A DNA stretch of 64,000 nt, from sequence record KX397371.1. The stretch is one strand, 5' to 3'. Below, piece after piece: positions 24,252-34,455 of this stretch; position 1 is the stretch's first letter; every line of letters starts with the position of its first letter. The notes under the pieces are model-generated. The model was not told the DNA's origin. It searched no databases and was given only the letters and a program-made list of their open reading frames with translations. A program made the position numbers and the translations under genes.

Positions 24252-25404
24252 ATCCTCCATGGCCCGTGCCATTGAGAAGATTTACAACGTCCCACCGAAA
24301 CCACTGGATGTGAAGCGCATTTTAGCGTTGAGTGATTTGCACCTGTTGCATAAGCGGGTGCCGACATGGCACTTGGTTAACGTGACCAAAACACTCATCC
24401 TGAAAGCCGGAAATACCCTCGATGCCATTTATATAGCAGGCGACCTCTTTGAGGATTCGCGACAACTTCGTCAGACCGACTCCCAAGAAGCAATGGGTTT
24501 CCTGTCGTGGTTGTTACAACATTGTAAAGCGAACGATATCGCCTTGCGTGTTGTCGAGGGTACACCATCACACGACCATGGCCAATCCAAGGTCATCGTG
24601 GAACTGAACGAAGCCATTGGCGCAGATGCGCTGTATTTAGATGGCATCGGCATCTTCTACGACCCGGCGATTCAAGCCACAGTGGGTTGGGTGCAAGACG
24701 AGTACAAAGACCGTATTGCGGCGAACACCGAAGCTGAGATGGCGGAACTGATGGCAACGCGTGGACTGGAGAAGGTTGATTTCTTCTTCATGCACGGGTG
24801 CTTTACGTTCCAGCTGCCAGTGGAATCTCCCCGTTCGTTCAATGAAAGTTTTTGGATTCCACGAACGCGTCTCGGTATTTATATCGGACACGACCATCGT
24901 GAGAAGTTCTTCGACCTGATACGCGTTACGGGAAGCGTTGATAGGTTGTCACAAGGTGAGGAAGAAGACAAAGGGATGACCCTTATCGATTTCACACCGA
25001 CCTTAGCAAGGAACTATTTCCTTGTGAACACGGAAGCCTGTCCACAGCGCTCTGTGGCAGCAAGCTTAGACCATGAGGCGCAGTACGCCAAATGTCTGGC
25101 TGCGTTGGAGTATATCGATACCCACGTCTCATCGGCAATCGGCCGGTTTAAAGTGGAATACTATCGAGACTCTCCTATCGAGGAGCACATCAACCGCTGG
25201 AAGCGTGAGTACCCATTCCACATCGAGGGAGTGCGTATTAACACCGACGAGGAAGAGAAGGCACTCGAAGCTGTGTTCTCCACAGAAACAGTTGCGGATG
25301 AACGCATCGGCCCCGATAATGTTGAGGCCGTGATGTTGAACGGACTCGAAGGTCAGCAATATGACCTAGAGGTTGTATCCGACGTCATTAGGAGCATTGC
25401 ATGA
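24235..25404 (+). CDS. Mre11/SbcD-like metallophosphoesterase nuclease
   Basis: SDLHL, AGDLFE, GTPSHD, MHG and GHDH motifs; start uncertain. Confidence 0.85.
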   Translation: MVKTSKSSMARAIEKIYNVPPKPLDVKRILALSDLHLLHKRVPTWHLVNVTKTLILKAGNTLDAIYIAGDLFEDSRQLRQTDSQEAMGFLSWLLQHCKANDIALRVVEGTPSHDHGQSKVIVELNEAIGADALYLDGIGIFYDPAIQATVGWVQDEYKDRIAANTEAEMAELMATRGLEKVDFFFMHGCFTFQLPVESPRSFNESFWIPRTRLGIYIGHDHREKFFDLIRVTGSVDRLSQGEEEDKGMTLIDFTPTLARNYFLVNTEACPQRSVAASLDHEAQYAKCLAALEYIDTHVSSAIGRFKVEYYRDSPIEEHINRWKREYPFHIEGVRINTDEEEKALEAVFSTETVADERIGPDNVEAVMLNGLEGQQYDLEVVSDVIRSIA

Positions 25405-26246
25405 GAACCCCAATAAGCGTTGATCGTGTATTTGGGAACTATCAGATGTCAATCGCCACTTCACTGGCGATGGAAGGTTTACTCCATACGGGCGAATATG
25501 CCGACTGGAAAGGCAAGCTGCCCATCCATGAGTATCAGGAAATTTATCTGAATCTCCGTACGTTGTTCCGTAATGCATTTTACGCATTCGAAGATAATCG
25601 TGAAAGATTAACTGCTGAAGTTTTAAGAACTTGTGTCGAAGAAGATATAGAACAATTCACTGCCACCGCTGCGGCGGTGGCCCCCACGGTGGTATGTGTC
25701 CCTTATATCTGTCTGTACAAATCGGCCAATAAGCAGTTCCCTCTCGCGAAGTTCCGTAATGCGTTAGGTGGCGACGAAACAATGACCCCGAATCAGGCGT
25801 TCTTCAATTCCGTTGAGCAGGATTTGTATCACATGCTCACGAACGAAGAGACGGGGATGGAAAACCTTCTGGCGTTTGATGTGTTTCCAAAGAACAACAA
25901 AGACACCCTGTTGTTAACCCACTATCCAGCCGATCTTATCCACAAAGAGCGGTTCCCGAAACTGGGCCTGCTTGAATCCCACAGCGGGAAGGTAAAGAAA
26001 CAACTGGAGTGGTACACGAAGATGTACAACAAGCCGAAGCAGATACCGTTTAACAAAGCGTTTCTGACTCTGTTTGGTGACCAGTACATGTTCGCGCCAC
26101 AAGACAGAAAGATTCGTAACGTGTTACTGAAAACGGCTGAGAAATACAACTGGGATCAGACCACGTCGATGGACCGTATTTACAACTGCCTGAAGTTGGT
26201 CAACGAACCGCACGTTATTGATTACCTGCGCAAATTGAGCCACTAA
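25401..26246 (+). CDS. conserved protein, possible PIN/FEN-like nuclease
   Basis: ATGA overlap; IYLNLRTLFRN loosely resembles a PIN/FEN N-terminal motif. Confidence 0.5.
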   Translation: MRTPISVDRVFGNYQMSIATSLAMEGLLHTGEYADWKGKLPIHEYQEIYLNLRTLFRNAFYAFEDNRERLTAEVLRTCVEEDIEQFTATAAAVAPTVVCVPYICLYKSANKQFPLAKFRNALGGDETMTPNQAFFNSVEQDLYHMLTNEETGMENLLAFDVFPKNNKDTLLLTHYPADLIHKERFPKLGLLESHSGKVKKQLEWYTKMYNKPKQIPFNKAFLTLFGDQYMFAPQDRKIRNVLLKTAEKYNWDQTTSMDRIYNCLKLVNEPHVIDYLRKLSH

Positions 26247-26308
26247 CTTTTTACACCACTGGGGTATCCTTTGAGGATACCCAAACATTTTAATTGAAGG
26301 ACGCCAAC

Positions 26309-26971
26309 ATGGCCATGATCAACAAAGAACTCTTTAACGACAAATGGTGCTACCCGCAGACCGAGCCTGATAATCAGGGCAACACACGTAAGCTGGGTAT
26401 CGAGCCGAACTTCTTTAAAGACTCGCCCGATTGCGAAGGTCTGAAGTTCAGCTACTCGTTCGGTAAAGGCGAAGGCGTTTATTACAACCTCGGCCCGACC
26501 ATGTGTCAGGTGCTGGTTGATGCTCTGCAAGACATGCTGAAGAAGTCTGAAAAAGACGTTCTCAGTCTGCCATTCTCCGGCGGTAATAAAGGTACCATTA
26601 CACTGTCTGTCGGCCGTGGCGATGACCTGATCCCGTTCATGGCGATTGGTGGTGAAATCAATGGTCAGCGTCGCACGAAGAAGTTCTTCTTCACCACACC
26701 GAAAGGTTACGGTATTGTGCGCAACGGTACGCCGGTGTCTGATCTCGAAAATGCGGAACGCATGTGTCGCGCCTTTATTGGTCGCTTCCATAAGTTCCAA
26801 GAGTGGCTGGATGATAGCTACAAGAAACGCGAATGGAATCAGAATGGCGGCGGTCGTCAGGGTAGTGGTGGTTACAATCGTCAAGGCGGTGGTAACAACA
26901 ACAACTATCAAGGTGGCGGCAACCAGCAGTCTGCTCCGGCAGCAACGGACAATTTTGACGACTACGTTTAA
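26309..26971 (+). CDS. chmC: ChmC-like nucleic-acid-binding protein
   Basis: Folded N-domain plus G/N/Q/R-rich disordered tail ending in acidic DNFDDYV; sits immediately upstream of the sigma-like nvRNAP subunit, as ChmC does (synteny inference). Confidence 0.65.
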   Translation: MAMINKELFNDKWCYPQTEPDNQGNTRKLGIEPNFFKDSPDCEGLKFSYSFGKGEGVYYNLGPTMCQVLVDALQDMLKKSEKDVLSLPFSGGNKGTITLSVGRGDDLIPFMAIGGEINGQRRTKKFFFTTPKGYGIVRNGTPVSDLENAERMCRAFIGRFHKFQEWLDDSYKKREWNQNGGGRQGSGGYNRQGGGNNNNYQGGGNQQSAPAATDNFDDYV

Positions 26972-26981
26972 CTAAAATAAT

Positions 26982-27003
26982 GCCCACGGGACAACCCGTG
27001 GGC
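26982..27003 (+). terminator. 3' hairpin after chmC
   Basis: GCCCACGGG-ACAA-CCCGTGGGC; short U-tract. Confidence 0.55.
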
Positions 27004-27049
27004 TTAGGATGATTATGTGTTCCGGTTGCATTCGATTCCTTTTTAGATA

Positions 27050-27065
27050 GATTTTATCGTCGTGC
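27050..27065 (+). promoter_or_regulatory. early promoter variant
   Basis: GATTTTATC-GTC-GTGC, preceded by TTTTAGATA like the other copies. Confidence 0.5.
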
Positions 27066-27090
27066 TAATAACAATCGGGGTTTCGCGATA

Positions 27091-28716
27091 ATGAAAATTG
27101 TAAAGAACAAAGAGATTATTACTATCAGCCACAATGGGGAGGAAGTACGGTTTGACCAGATTCCAACCCAGCGTAAACGGCAGGGTCCCGAGCCGCGTGA
27201 TAGTAAGGGTGTCGTGTTAACAGCAGACCGTTTGCTGTTCAGTGAACTGAATCGTTATTGGGGTACGCTGACTGAGGCGGAACAAGACGAGTTGTTCGGG
27301 GCTTATACGTTGTTGTCGGAATTAGCAGTAGAAGGCGATGAGGTTATAAGCGAACATGCACCGAAGGTCATGGAAATCATCGCGAAACACCACAAAGCCG
27401 AACGTTTCAGAGAGCTGTATCCGCTGAAGAACGTGTTCATTCCGCAGAAGCTGCATGCGTCGATTGCAGACATGTCACCGAACTACACGGAGTCCATGAC
27501 GTACTTTGTCCCGGACTATTATCATCTGATGATTTTGACGTTGTTAATCAAACCGTTTATTCCGGTGTTTGCGGTGCTTGGGGCATACGTGGCAGGTAAA
27601 GGTATCTCGCAGGAAGCTAAGCGTAAGGTTGTGTACAAAATCAACCTCGCGTTCGACCTGCTGTCCGATACAGAAATCCGCCAGTCCGAAGCTGTTCAGA
27701 AGCTGGAGTTGTTCTTACCGAGTCTGGTAGAGAAGTTCCAGAAAGAGATGAGTAACCGTGGCTCAGGTACCAGCCTGTCAATCCTGTCATCCGTTATGGG
27801 GTACGGGTCTGACATGATGGATGAATACCTGTTGTCGTTGACGATTGTTCGTCTACTGGCGCTGCGTCCGTGCTATTGCGATTTCCCAGACGGGTCACTG
27901 GAAGACAGTTCTATCGTCTCCAGCATCTATTTCGGTATTCGCACCGAAGTGGAATCCGGCTTTGCAAACCGCATCGCAGGTCAGCAGGTTATCTTGAAAC
28001 AACATCCGACTGCCGTGGTGTTTAATGGGGAAAAGGGGAAGGTCAGTGCCATCGACTTAGTACAAGGTCGTAGCCCTGCACCAATAAAGGAATATGTGCG
28101 TCCAGGCATGACGTTTAAGGATTACCGCCGTTTCATCAAAACGACCGGTTATGATATTGCGCCTGCCAACGCGAAGTGTCTGATTGATTCGCAAATCGTC
28201 AATCACACGGGACCGACGTACGAACTGCATGAGTGGCTTACCGCCGCGGCTCTGCATCGCTTTACTGACCATCGGTCATTCAAAGATATTGATCCAGACA
28301 AGTTCCCGTATGGGGTTGGTCTTGCTCAGGCCATTTACCTGTACTACGGAATGCCGCAGTTAGCACAACTGCTCAGCTGTGAAATGTTGCCGGGGAATAT
28401 CAGTGGTTATCCGATCGAGCCGATCGATAGCGAACTGAAAATATCTACAGATAGATATTATCCTCAGGCATACCGTTCACCCCGTAACGAATCACAGGAG
28501 AGTATCGTCCGCACATCGTTAGAGTTGTTGGTGCGTAATCACCTGAACCCGTATCACTTCCATCTCAAAGCGTCTCCAGAAGCCGCAGAGCTGTTGAAGT
28601 GTGAACCGGATATTCCGAACTATCGACCATACGGTCGTATCCTCACGCAGTTAACTGAGTTCCTCGCGATTCAAGCTCGCCAGAAAGTCAGTGAAGTAAA
28701 ATGGTTTAATTCATAA
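27091..28716 (+). CDS. non-virion RNAP sigma-like specificity subunit (phiKZ gp68-like)
   Basis: 541 aa; synteny between ChmC and PicA. Confidence 0.7.
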   Translation: MKIVKNKEIITISHNGEEVRFDQIPTQRKRQGPEPRDSKGVVLTADRLLFSELNRYWGTLTEAEQDELFGAYTLLSELAVEGDEVISEHAPKVMEIIAKHHKAERFRELYPLKNVFIPQKLHASIADMSPNYTESMTYFVPDYYHLMILTLLIKPFIPVFAVLGAYVAGKGISQEAKRKVVYKINLAFDLLSDTEIRQSEAVQKLELFLPSLVEKFQKEMSNRGSGTSLSILSSVMGYGSDMMDEYLLSLTIVRLLALRPCYCDFPDGSLEDSSIVSSIYFGIRTEVESGFANRIAGQQVILKQHPTAVVFNGEKGKVSAIDLVQGRSPAPIKEYVRPGMTFKDYRRFIKTTGYDIAPANAKCLIDSQIVNHTGPTYELHEWLTAAALHRFTDHRSFKDIDPDKFPYGVGLAQAIYLYYGMPQLAQLLSCEMLPGNISGYPIEPIDSELKISTDRYYPQAYRSPRNESQESIVRTSLELLVRNHLNPYHFHLKASPEAAELLKCEPDIPNYRPYGRILTQLTEFLAIQARQKVSEVKWFNS

Positions 28717-28727
28717 GGAGAATCAAG

Positions 28728-30425
28728 ATGTTATTACGCGACTTACAGTTATTCCCAGTACGTGAAATTCCACAGCAGTACCGTCGTCGTATCGCGTTCA
28801 ACGCCACGACCGGTGCATTAGGCGAGTTGTCTGAAATCATCGAAGAAAATGGCCAATCTGCTTCGGGTACGCAAGCGTACCAAGATTCACTCAGTAACAT
28901 CGTGGGCTTTGATGGTACACCGGACGGTTTCGAACGTCCGTTGGTCAACATCTCCGGCGATGACAAAAAGATTCAACCTTTCCAGTACGAAAGCCGCGAT
29001 ACTGGTCTGTATAACTTCGTGGCCGTATTGGTGGCAAACCCGATTAACGACACCCGATCTCAGGAGCTGCGTTATATCGTAACCGGTTATACCTCACAGG
29101 CGGAGCAAAGCCTGTTTGGTAATCTGCCGAACGACATGGTGTTGTATATCAACGAAATCTACGGGATGCAAACGGTCTATGACCGTACGCCTCTGGGTGA
29201 GCGGGTTATCAACCCGAACGGCTTTAAGATGGTGGATAACCTTGTGCTCTCGCGTGCTCTGGCAACGCAGGGTTATCATGAATCCAGCATCAACGCCATC
29301 ACCATCAGCAAAACCGCTGACATGATTAAGAAGATGAACCTCAACCCGGATGAGAAGTTCATGCCGAACGAGGATGAGATTTATGCGCCAACTGCCACAG
29401 CAGCACCATCGCTGTTGGCAGGCCAACTTAGCCAACCTGAGAACTTCGTGACCGCTATCTCGAACTCTTATCTCCGCACTATGGGGATGGACAACGAGTT
29501 AACACAAGTCGAAAGTTTCTTCGAAGGCACCGGCGGTAGTAATGTTGAGAGTGATCTCAACTCACTGGGTGTGGTGCGTAACTTCTCGAACTACGACCTG
29601 ATTAAAGCGTTCCGTCAGGCACTGACCAATTCATTGGGCAGCTCAGCTGACGCGTACAACGTGGCATCACGGGCGCAGTTCCGTCTGGGTGATCTCAAAG
29701 CCGCCGTGGCTAACCCAGAAGAAATCGATCGGCAGATTGTGGCATCGCTTGATCTCGCCCGCAAGCTCGGCTTGGGTGAAATCGAACAGACTGACCAGTG
29801 GATTGGCCATAACGGTTATTCCACCATGGGCTCTCTGGTGTCGTACGAACTGGCCATGCAGCTGGGCGCGATTCTGTCGCGTAACCTTGTGAGCCGTGTG
29901 AGCTTTGACTTCGATAACCGTCACAGCGATTTCTTGACCCCGGCGCAGTTGACCGTTCACAGTGATTCTATTTACTCACTGAGCGACCGCCAGTTACCGC
30001 GCATTCTGGCAGAACGCTTCGAACGTGATATTCATGCGATGTTTGTGAAGGTGACTAAGCACAACCATATCCGTTGTGCAGTCAGGGTACATGCTCTGCT
30101 GGGTACCGTAACGCGTGTGGAAGTGCTCATGGATGGTGAGACGTCCAAAGAGTTCTTCACTTACGCATCGTTCATGTCTTCTCGTCTGCATAACGGTAAC
30201 ACCACCAGTCTCGCCTATACGGGTCGTCTGGCGAATGATACTTCGAAGCTGATGAAAGCCATCGAGACGGGTTTTCACGGTCACACCACCGCCAGCAATC
30301 GTAGCAACATCATCACCTCCGCACCGTCATCACCAAATGCGTTCCGCACGGGGAACTCATTGTTAGATGATGATACCCCGGCAGCAGGCATTCGCCTTGG
30401 TACCGGCAACAGCCTGTTAGATTAA
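28728..30425 (+). CDS. picA: PicA/Imp1-like phage-nucleus protein-import factor (phiKZ gp69-like)
   Basis: 565 aa; synteny directly after the gp68-like gene; low-complexity C-tail. Confidence 0.65.
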   Translation: MLLRDLQLFPVREIPQQYRRRIAFNATTGALGELSEIIEENGQSASGTQAYQDSLSNIVGFDGTPDGFERPLVNISGDDKKIQPFQYESRDTGLYNFVAVLVANPINDTRSQELRYIVTGYTSQAEQSLFGNLPNDMVLYINEIYGMQTVYDRTPLGERVINPNGFKMVDNLVLSRALATQGYHESSINAITISKTADMIKKMNLNPDEKFMPNEDEIYAPTATAAPSLLAGQLSQPENFVTAISNSYLRTMGMDNELTQVESFFEGTGGSNVESDLNSLGVVRNFSNYDLIKAFRQALTNSLGSSADAYNVASRAQFRLGDLKAAVANPEEIDRQIVASLDLARKLGLGEIEQTDQWIGHNGYSTMGSLVSYELAMQLGAILSRNLVSRVSFDFDNRHSDFLTPAQLTVHSDSIYSLSDRQLPRILAERFERDIHAMFVKVTKHNHIRCAVRVHALLGTVTRVEVLMDGETSKEFFTYASFMSSRLHNGNTTSLAYTGRLANDTSKLMKAIETGFHGHTTASNRSNIITSAPSSPNAFRTGNSLLDDDTPAAGIRLGTGNSLLD

Positions 30426-30434
30426 GGATAAACA

Positions 30435-31805
30435 ATGCACATCATTAAGTTTTATCAATCCATGTTGGAATCGCTTGGGTTCAATCGTGACGGTGACCTG
30501 ATGGTCTATGCGGACGATGGCACTCCGGCGTATTTCACGTACAACAAAGAGAAGCGCCGTCTGGTGCTTCCTACCAATGCCATGATTAAAGCGGGCATGG
30601 AAGATGCGAACGGCAAAGAATGCCACGCCTTCCATCCGCTGTGTGAATCCGTACTGACCGGGGAATCGGGCACCATCCGTTTCCTCAAACGTGCGATTCG
30701 CATGCGTCTGTGGATGAACAGCTTCGATCTCATCGATGCGATTCTTGACACGGCAGCAGAAGGCAAAACCATCAAGCAGGCGTCTTACAAGAAGTTCATG
30801 ACGGATGTTATCTGTCAGGGCATCAAAGATCCGAAGCTCGATGATAAGCTGCGTGCGGCGTGGGTTACTCTGCGTAACCACATGATGGAAGTGGAGAACA
30901 AGAAGCAAACCAACTTGTTCATTGCCTCCGACATGTCCATCGAAGGTGTGAAGTATGTCCGTGTGGCAAACTTCAAACACATCTTTGAAGAAGAGTCGTA
31001 CGACGACACCGCAACCTACTTCGGGGTGAAGTTACCGCGTAAGCAGGATAAGGTGATTCTGCATCGCCTACTGATGACCGTGTTCGGTTGGTATCCGAGT
31101 ATGTGTGGTTCCAATGACAACCGTCCGTACTTCGGCTGTCTGGCACGCGGTTGGGCACAATGGGTCATGAACTACAACAACGTAGTGAAGGCCCTACGTG
31201 AACACTGCGCGCTGAAACCACTGAGCGATGAATGGATTGGTCAGCTGGATGAACTTCAGCAATACGACAACGTGATTCAAACGCTGCCGTATAACACCGG
31301 TTCATCATCCAAAGACCCGGAACGTGATACCACCGCGCGTGAGTATAGCGTAACGCCAACCACCACGAGCCGTTCAGTTGATCTGTTAGCCTCCGAGCAG
31401 AACAAGCCTGAGCAAGGTAGTCTGGAAGCGTTCTTCGACAAAGCACTGCCGAAGACAGTTACCTCTACCGGACTGGACATCAGCAAGCTGACCCCTGCCC
31501 AGCAGAAGTCGCTGCGCGAGAACGGACACCTTAACGGTACGTCTGACCAGTCCATCGTGGGCAAATCTCTGTCTGAAGCCATGGGCCAAACACCACGTAA
31601 CCCGTTGGGTCTGACGTCTGAGATTGATCGCCGTAGTCTGCTGTCGACCAGCACTGCGAGTGGATTGTCCAGTAGCGGTAACTCGTTGCTGAATGATGCC
31701 CCGCCGCGTCTGGGTGGACTGGCAGGTCTGGGTGGCGAGACGTCAAGTGGCCCACGTCTGGGTGGTATCGATCCAACGAAACCGAAAGACGGGTTCCACT
31801 GGTAA
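30435..31805 (+). CDS. conserved Chimalliviridae core protein (phiKZ gp70-like)
   Basis: 456 aa; synteny; Ser/Gly/Thr-rich C-terminal third. Confidence 0.7.
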   Translation: MHIIKFYQSMLESLGFNRDGDLMVYADDGTPAYFTYNKEKRRLVLPTNAMIKAGMEDANGKECHAFHPLCESVLTGESGTIRFLKRAIRMRLWMNSFDLIDAILDTAAEGKTIKQASYKKFMTDVICQGIKDPKLDDKLRAAWVTLRNHMMEVENKKQTNLFIASDMSIEGVKYVRVANFKHIFEEESYDDTATYFGVKLPRKQDKVILHRLLMTVFGWYPSMCGSNDNRPYFGCLARGWAQWVMNYNNVVKALREHCALKPLSDEWIGQLDELQQYDNVIQTLPYNTGSSSKDPERDTTAREYSVTPTTTSRSVDLLASEQNKPEQGSLEAFFDKALPKTVTSTGLDISKLTPAQQKSLRENGHLNGTSDQSIVGKSLSEAMGQTPRNPLGLTSEIDRRSLLSTSTASGLSSSGNSLLNDAPPRLGGLAGLGGETSSGPRLGGIDPTKPKDGFHW

Positions 31806-31846
31806 AAAAATAAAAGAAGGAAGGGACCGAAGTCCCTTCTTTTTTT
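31806..31846. terminator. bidirectional terminator
   Basis: GAAGGGAC-CGAA-GTCCCTTC with flanking A and T tracts. Confidence 0.85.
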
Positions 31847-31847
31847 G

Positions 31848-32171
31848 TCAGGTGGTAATGGTGTTCAAAACGTTCTCCACAACCACCGGCGATGGAATAC
31901 GTAGCACCGGATATTTCTCCGGCGTGAAATCCATCGGGTTCGATATCCCATTAATGAGCATAATGGGGTAAACTTGATTATCCTGAATCTCGGCAAGTTT
32001 GCAGTATGCATAGAAGCTATGTATTTCTGGCCAAGCAAACTCCGCCTTTGTCGGGACATCCACAGTCTCTGGATGATTCCGAAAGTATTCAGTGTAGTCT
32101 TGCATTAGTTTGCGACGTTGACTATCGAGCGAAGGTACAACTTCACCGAGAGTGATCGAGCTGATAAGCAT
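31848..32171 (-). CDS. small conserved protein, possibly LysM-like baseplate protein (T4 gp53/P2 gpX-type)
   Basis: GGAG SD before ATG 32171; LINGISNPMDF...LRIPS resembles gp53/gpX (inference). Confidence 0.5.
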   Translation of the reverse strand: MLISSITLGEVVPSLDSQRRKLMQDYTEYFRNHPETVDVPTKAEFAWPEIHSFYAYCKLAEIQDNQVYPIMLINGISNPMDFTPEKYPVLRIPSPVVVENVLNTITT

Positions 32172-32199
32172 GAGGTCTCCTTGAAAAGATCTACGAATA

Positions 32200-32215
32200 T
32201 ATATTATCTCGGTGA
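32200..32215 (+). promoter_or_regulatory. early promoter
   Basis: TATATTATC-TCG-GTGA. Confidence 0.75.
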
Positions 32216-32241
32216 AGTAACCAAGAAGGAGTATTAAAGTA

Positions 32242-34455
32242 ATGAGCATGCCCGTACAATTAGTCGGCACCCACGCCGACCGTGAGTATTTGATTCGTAA
32301 CCAATCGGGTGCGCGTGCATCGATGGTAGGTGGCCATATGAAATCGGCTGCGCCCATTGACCACCCAACCCCGATGTTCCATTTCACAGGTGCGGATTCA
32401 AACTACCACGACGTCCTCTTCAACGACATCGTTGAGGATTCAGGTAGCGTTTGTATCTATAACGATAATGGCACACACAAAAGAGCGGTGTTCACACGTC
32501 ATGCCCAAATCGGCAGTGGCTCTCCGCTAGAGCATGCAATCTTCTTTCGTCGTAGTGAAACCAGTCCCGGCATGCTGAACAAGCCTGTCATGGATGTTAT
32601 TGAAATAAACCACTATACTTCGCACGATAACGTCTTCACATCTGAGAAGCGTATCACCGATAAACTTCGGGCGATCTTACGTGGTGAAACCACCGTGTTG
32701 GAAAAGGATGAAATCCTGACCGAAATGAACTCCATGATGAACGGGGAATTTGTTGACGGTGTTGCACTGCCAACAGTGACCATGTCGCATCCGGATATCA
32801 TTGAGGATTCCTACACGATCTCAAAAACCGCCGCCGCGTTAATGCATGCCTATGGTTTCAAAGAAATCTGGATATCGTTACGCGAAGACGAGTTCTTGCT
32901 GGATACTTACGGTTACGACACACCCAACGGTCGTGTGCCGCAGTATTTCCCGAACGTGGGACAAGCAATCCGTGATGATGGTTTGGTAATCGCCACGCGT
33001 CAATTCGACCCGTTGTACGCGGCTATCAATGCTTCTATCGGTGAGCTACAGCATGTCTCGCCACACTTTGACCACTGTGAATACGTTGACGCTGATCCGA
33101 AGCACTATGAAAACCCAACGGATGAAAACGGTTCACGGGTGATTGACATTCAGGTGTGGCGTGATGATGTTAGCTTTAGCAATGGTAACAACAACATCAA
33201 AGCCACCGAAGAGAACAAACGCGTTCTTGACTCGTATGCTGTGGCGTTGAAAGACTACTACCGCGAAATCGTTCGCTTCTACTTCCTCGTGAAAGATGAT
33301 GTGGTGTGGTCACCGAAAGCCTGTGAGTTCTTAGAGAAAGCGTTCGCCTCTGAAACCCATGAAGTGTATCAGGAATTCCGCGAAGAGATTCGTGGTGTGG
33401 TTGAAGCAGCGGTACGCCGTGGTGAGTATAAGAAAGACACCATGGAAACCAAAATCATCAACCGTATCAACCGTCCAGTGGAACGTTCCCTGCGCGACCC
33501 TATCAACACGTACACCATTAAGCTTGTGGTGCGCTATCCGATCCCGGTCACTGTCTCGTCCAAGATTACGGACTTGTCAGGTACGAAAGGTATCGTTGGC
33601 GAAGTGAAAGAAGACGAAGACATGCCACTGAACGAATTCGGACAACGCGTCCATTCAATTCGTTCGATGAATGCTGTGGTTCGTCGCTCAACGTACTCTG
33701 CTCTGTTCCACATGTACTGGTCAGCTGCATCTGAACAACTCAAGATGCGCTTAAAGCCAATGTTGGATGCAGGCAAGGTGAATGAATCGTGGAATGTCCT
33801 GATGGATTATCTCGCACGGTACAATCCCGATTGGGCAAACTGTCTGAACGTGACGCACGATACGCATCAGAAGCGACTGGAACTCTTCAAAGAGATCTAC
33901 GACTTCACGATTCGTATCTGGCTACCGCATGAACTAGACAATACGCCGATTGGTATCACCAAAGCGTTGGGTGAATTTGCACCGAAGAAGTCCCGTCTCC
34001 AGATCACCAACTACCAAGGTGAGAAGGAGTGGACGAAGAATGAATTCTACGTGGGTAATGTCATGACCTTGCGTCTTGACAAAACCGGCCGTGAGTTCTC
34101 GTCTATCTCTTCGATGCACACGAACTATCTGGGCTGTATTGATGCATCAGGACAAGGGCGTGGGTCATATCCCATTAACTACAGTCCGAAGAAGTGGGGT
34201 GGTGAAGCAGAGCACCGACTGACGGATGGCTACGGTCAAGGTCTGTTCGATGAAGCGCATAACCGTTCCAACTGTCCAGATGTCCATCGTCAGATTGTTG
34301 AAGGGAAGTATGCTTCCGATACCCCAAGTAATCCGGGTGTGTTGGTTGACCGTGAACGTTACCCGCTGGGTGAATCGCAAGTGGATAAGATGATTGACAA
34401 CATACACCGCTGTGAAGGGTTTGTGTTAGTGCGCCCCACTCGGGAGGATAATTGA
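32242..34455 (+). CDS. non-virion RNAP beta C-terminal subunit (phiKZ gp71-73-like)
   Basis: SSKITDLSGTKGIVG matches the beta GDK...HGQKG region; GARASM motif; synteny. Confidence 0.85.
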   Translation: MSMPVQLVGTHADREYLIRNQSGARASMVGGHMKSAAPIDHPTPMFHFTGADSNYHDVLFNDIVEDSGSVCIYNDNGTHKRAVFTRHAQIGSGSPLEHAIFFRRSETSPGMLNKPVMDVIEINHYTSHDNVFTSEKRITDKLRAILRGETTVLEKDEILTEMNSMMNGEFVDGVALPTVTMSHPDIIEDSYTISKTAAALMHAYGFKEIWISLREDEFLLDTYGYDTPNGRVPQYFPNVGQAIRDDGLVIATRQFDPLYAAINASIGELQHVSPHFDHCEYVDADPKHYENPTDENGSRVIDIQVWRDDVSFSNGNNNIKATEENKRVLDSYAVALKDYYREIVRFYFLVKDDVVWSPKACEFLEKAFASETHEVYQEFREEIRGVVEAAVRRGEYKKDTMETKIINRINRPVERSLRDPINTYTIKLVVRYPIPVTVSSKITDLSGTKGIVGEVKEDEDMPLNEFGQRVHSIRSMNAVVRRSTYSALFHMYWSAASEQLKMRLKPMLDAGKVNESWNVLMDYLARYNPDWANCLNVTHDTHQKRLELFKEIYDFTIRIWLPHELDNTPIGITKALGEFAPKKSRLQITNYQGEKEWTKNEFYVGNVMTLRLDKTGREFSSISSMHTNYLGCIDASGQGRGSYPINYSPKKWGGEAEHRLTDGYGQGLFDEAHNRSNCPDVHRQIVEGKYASDTPSNPGVLVDRERYPLGESQVDKMIDNIHRCEGFVLVRPTREDN

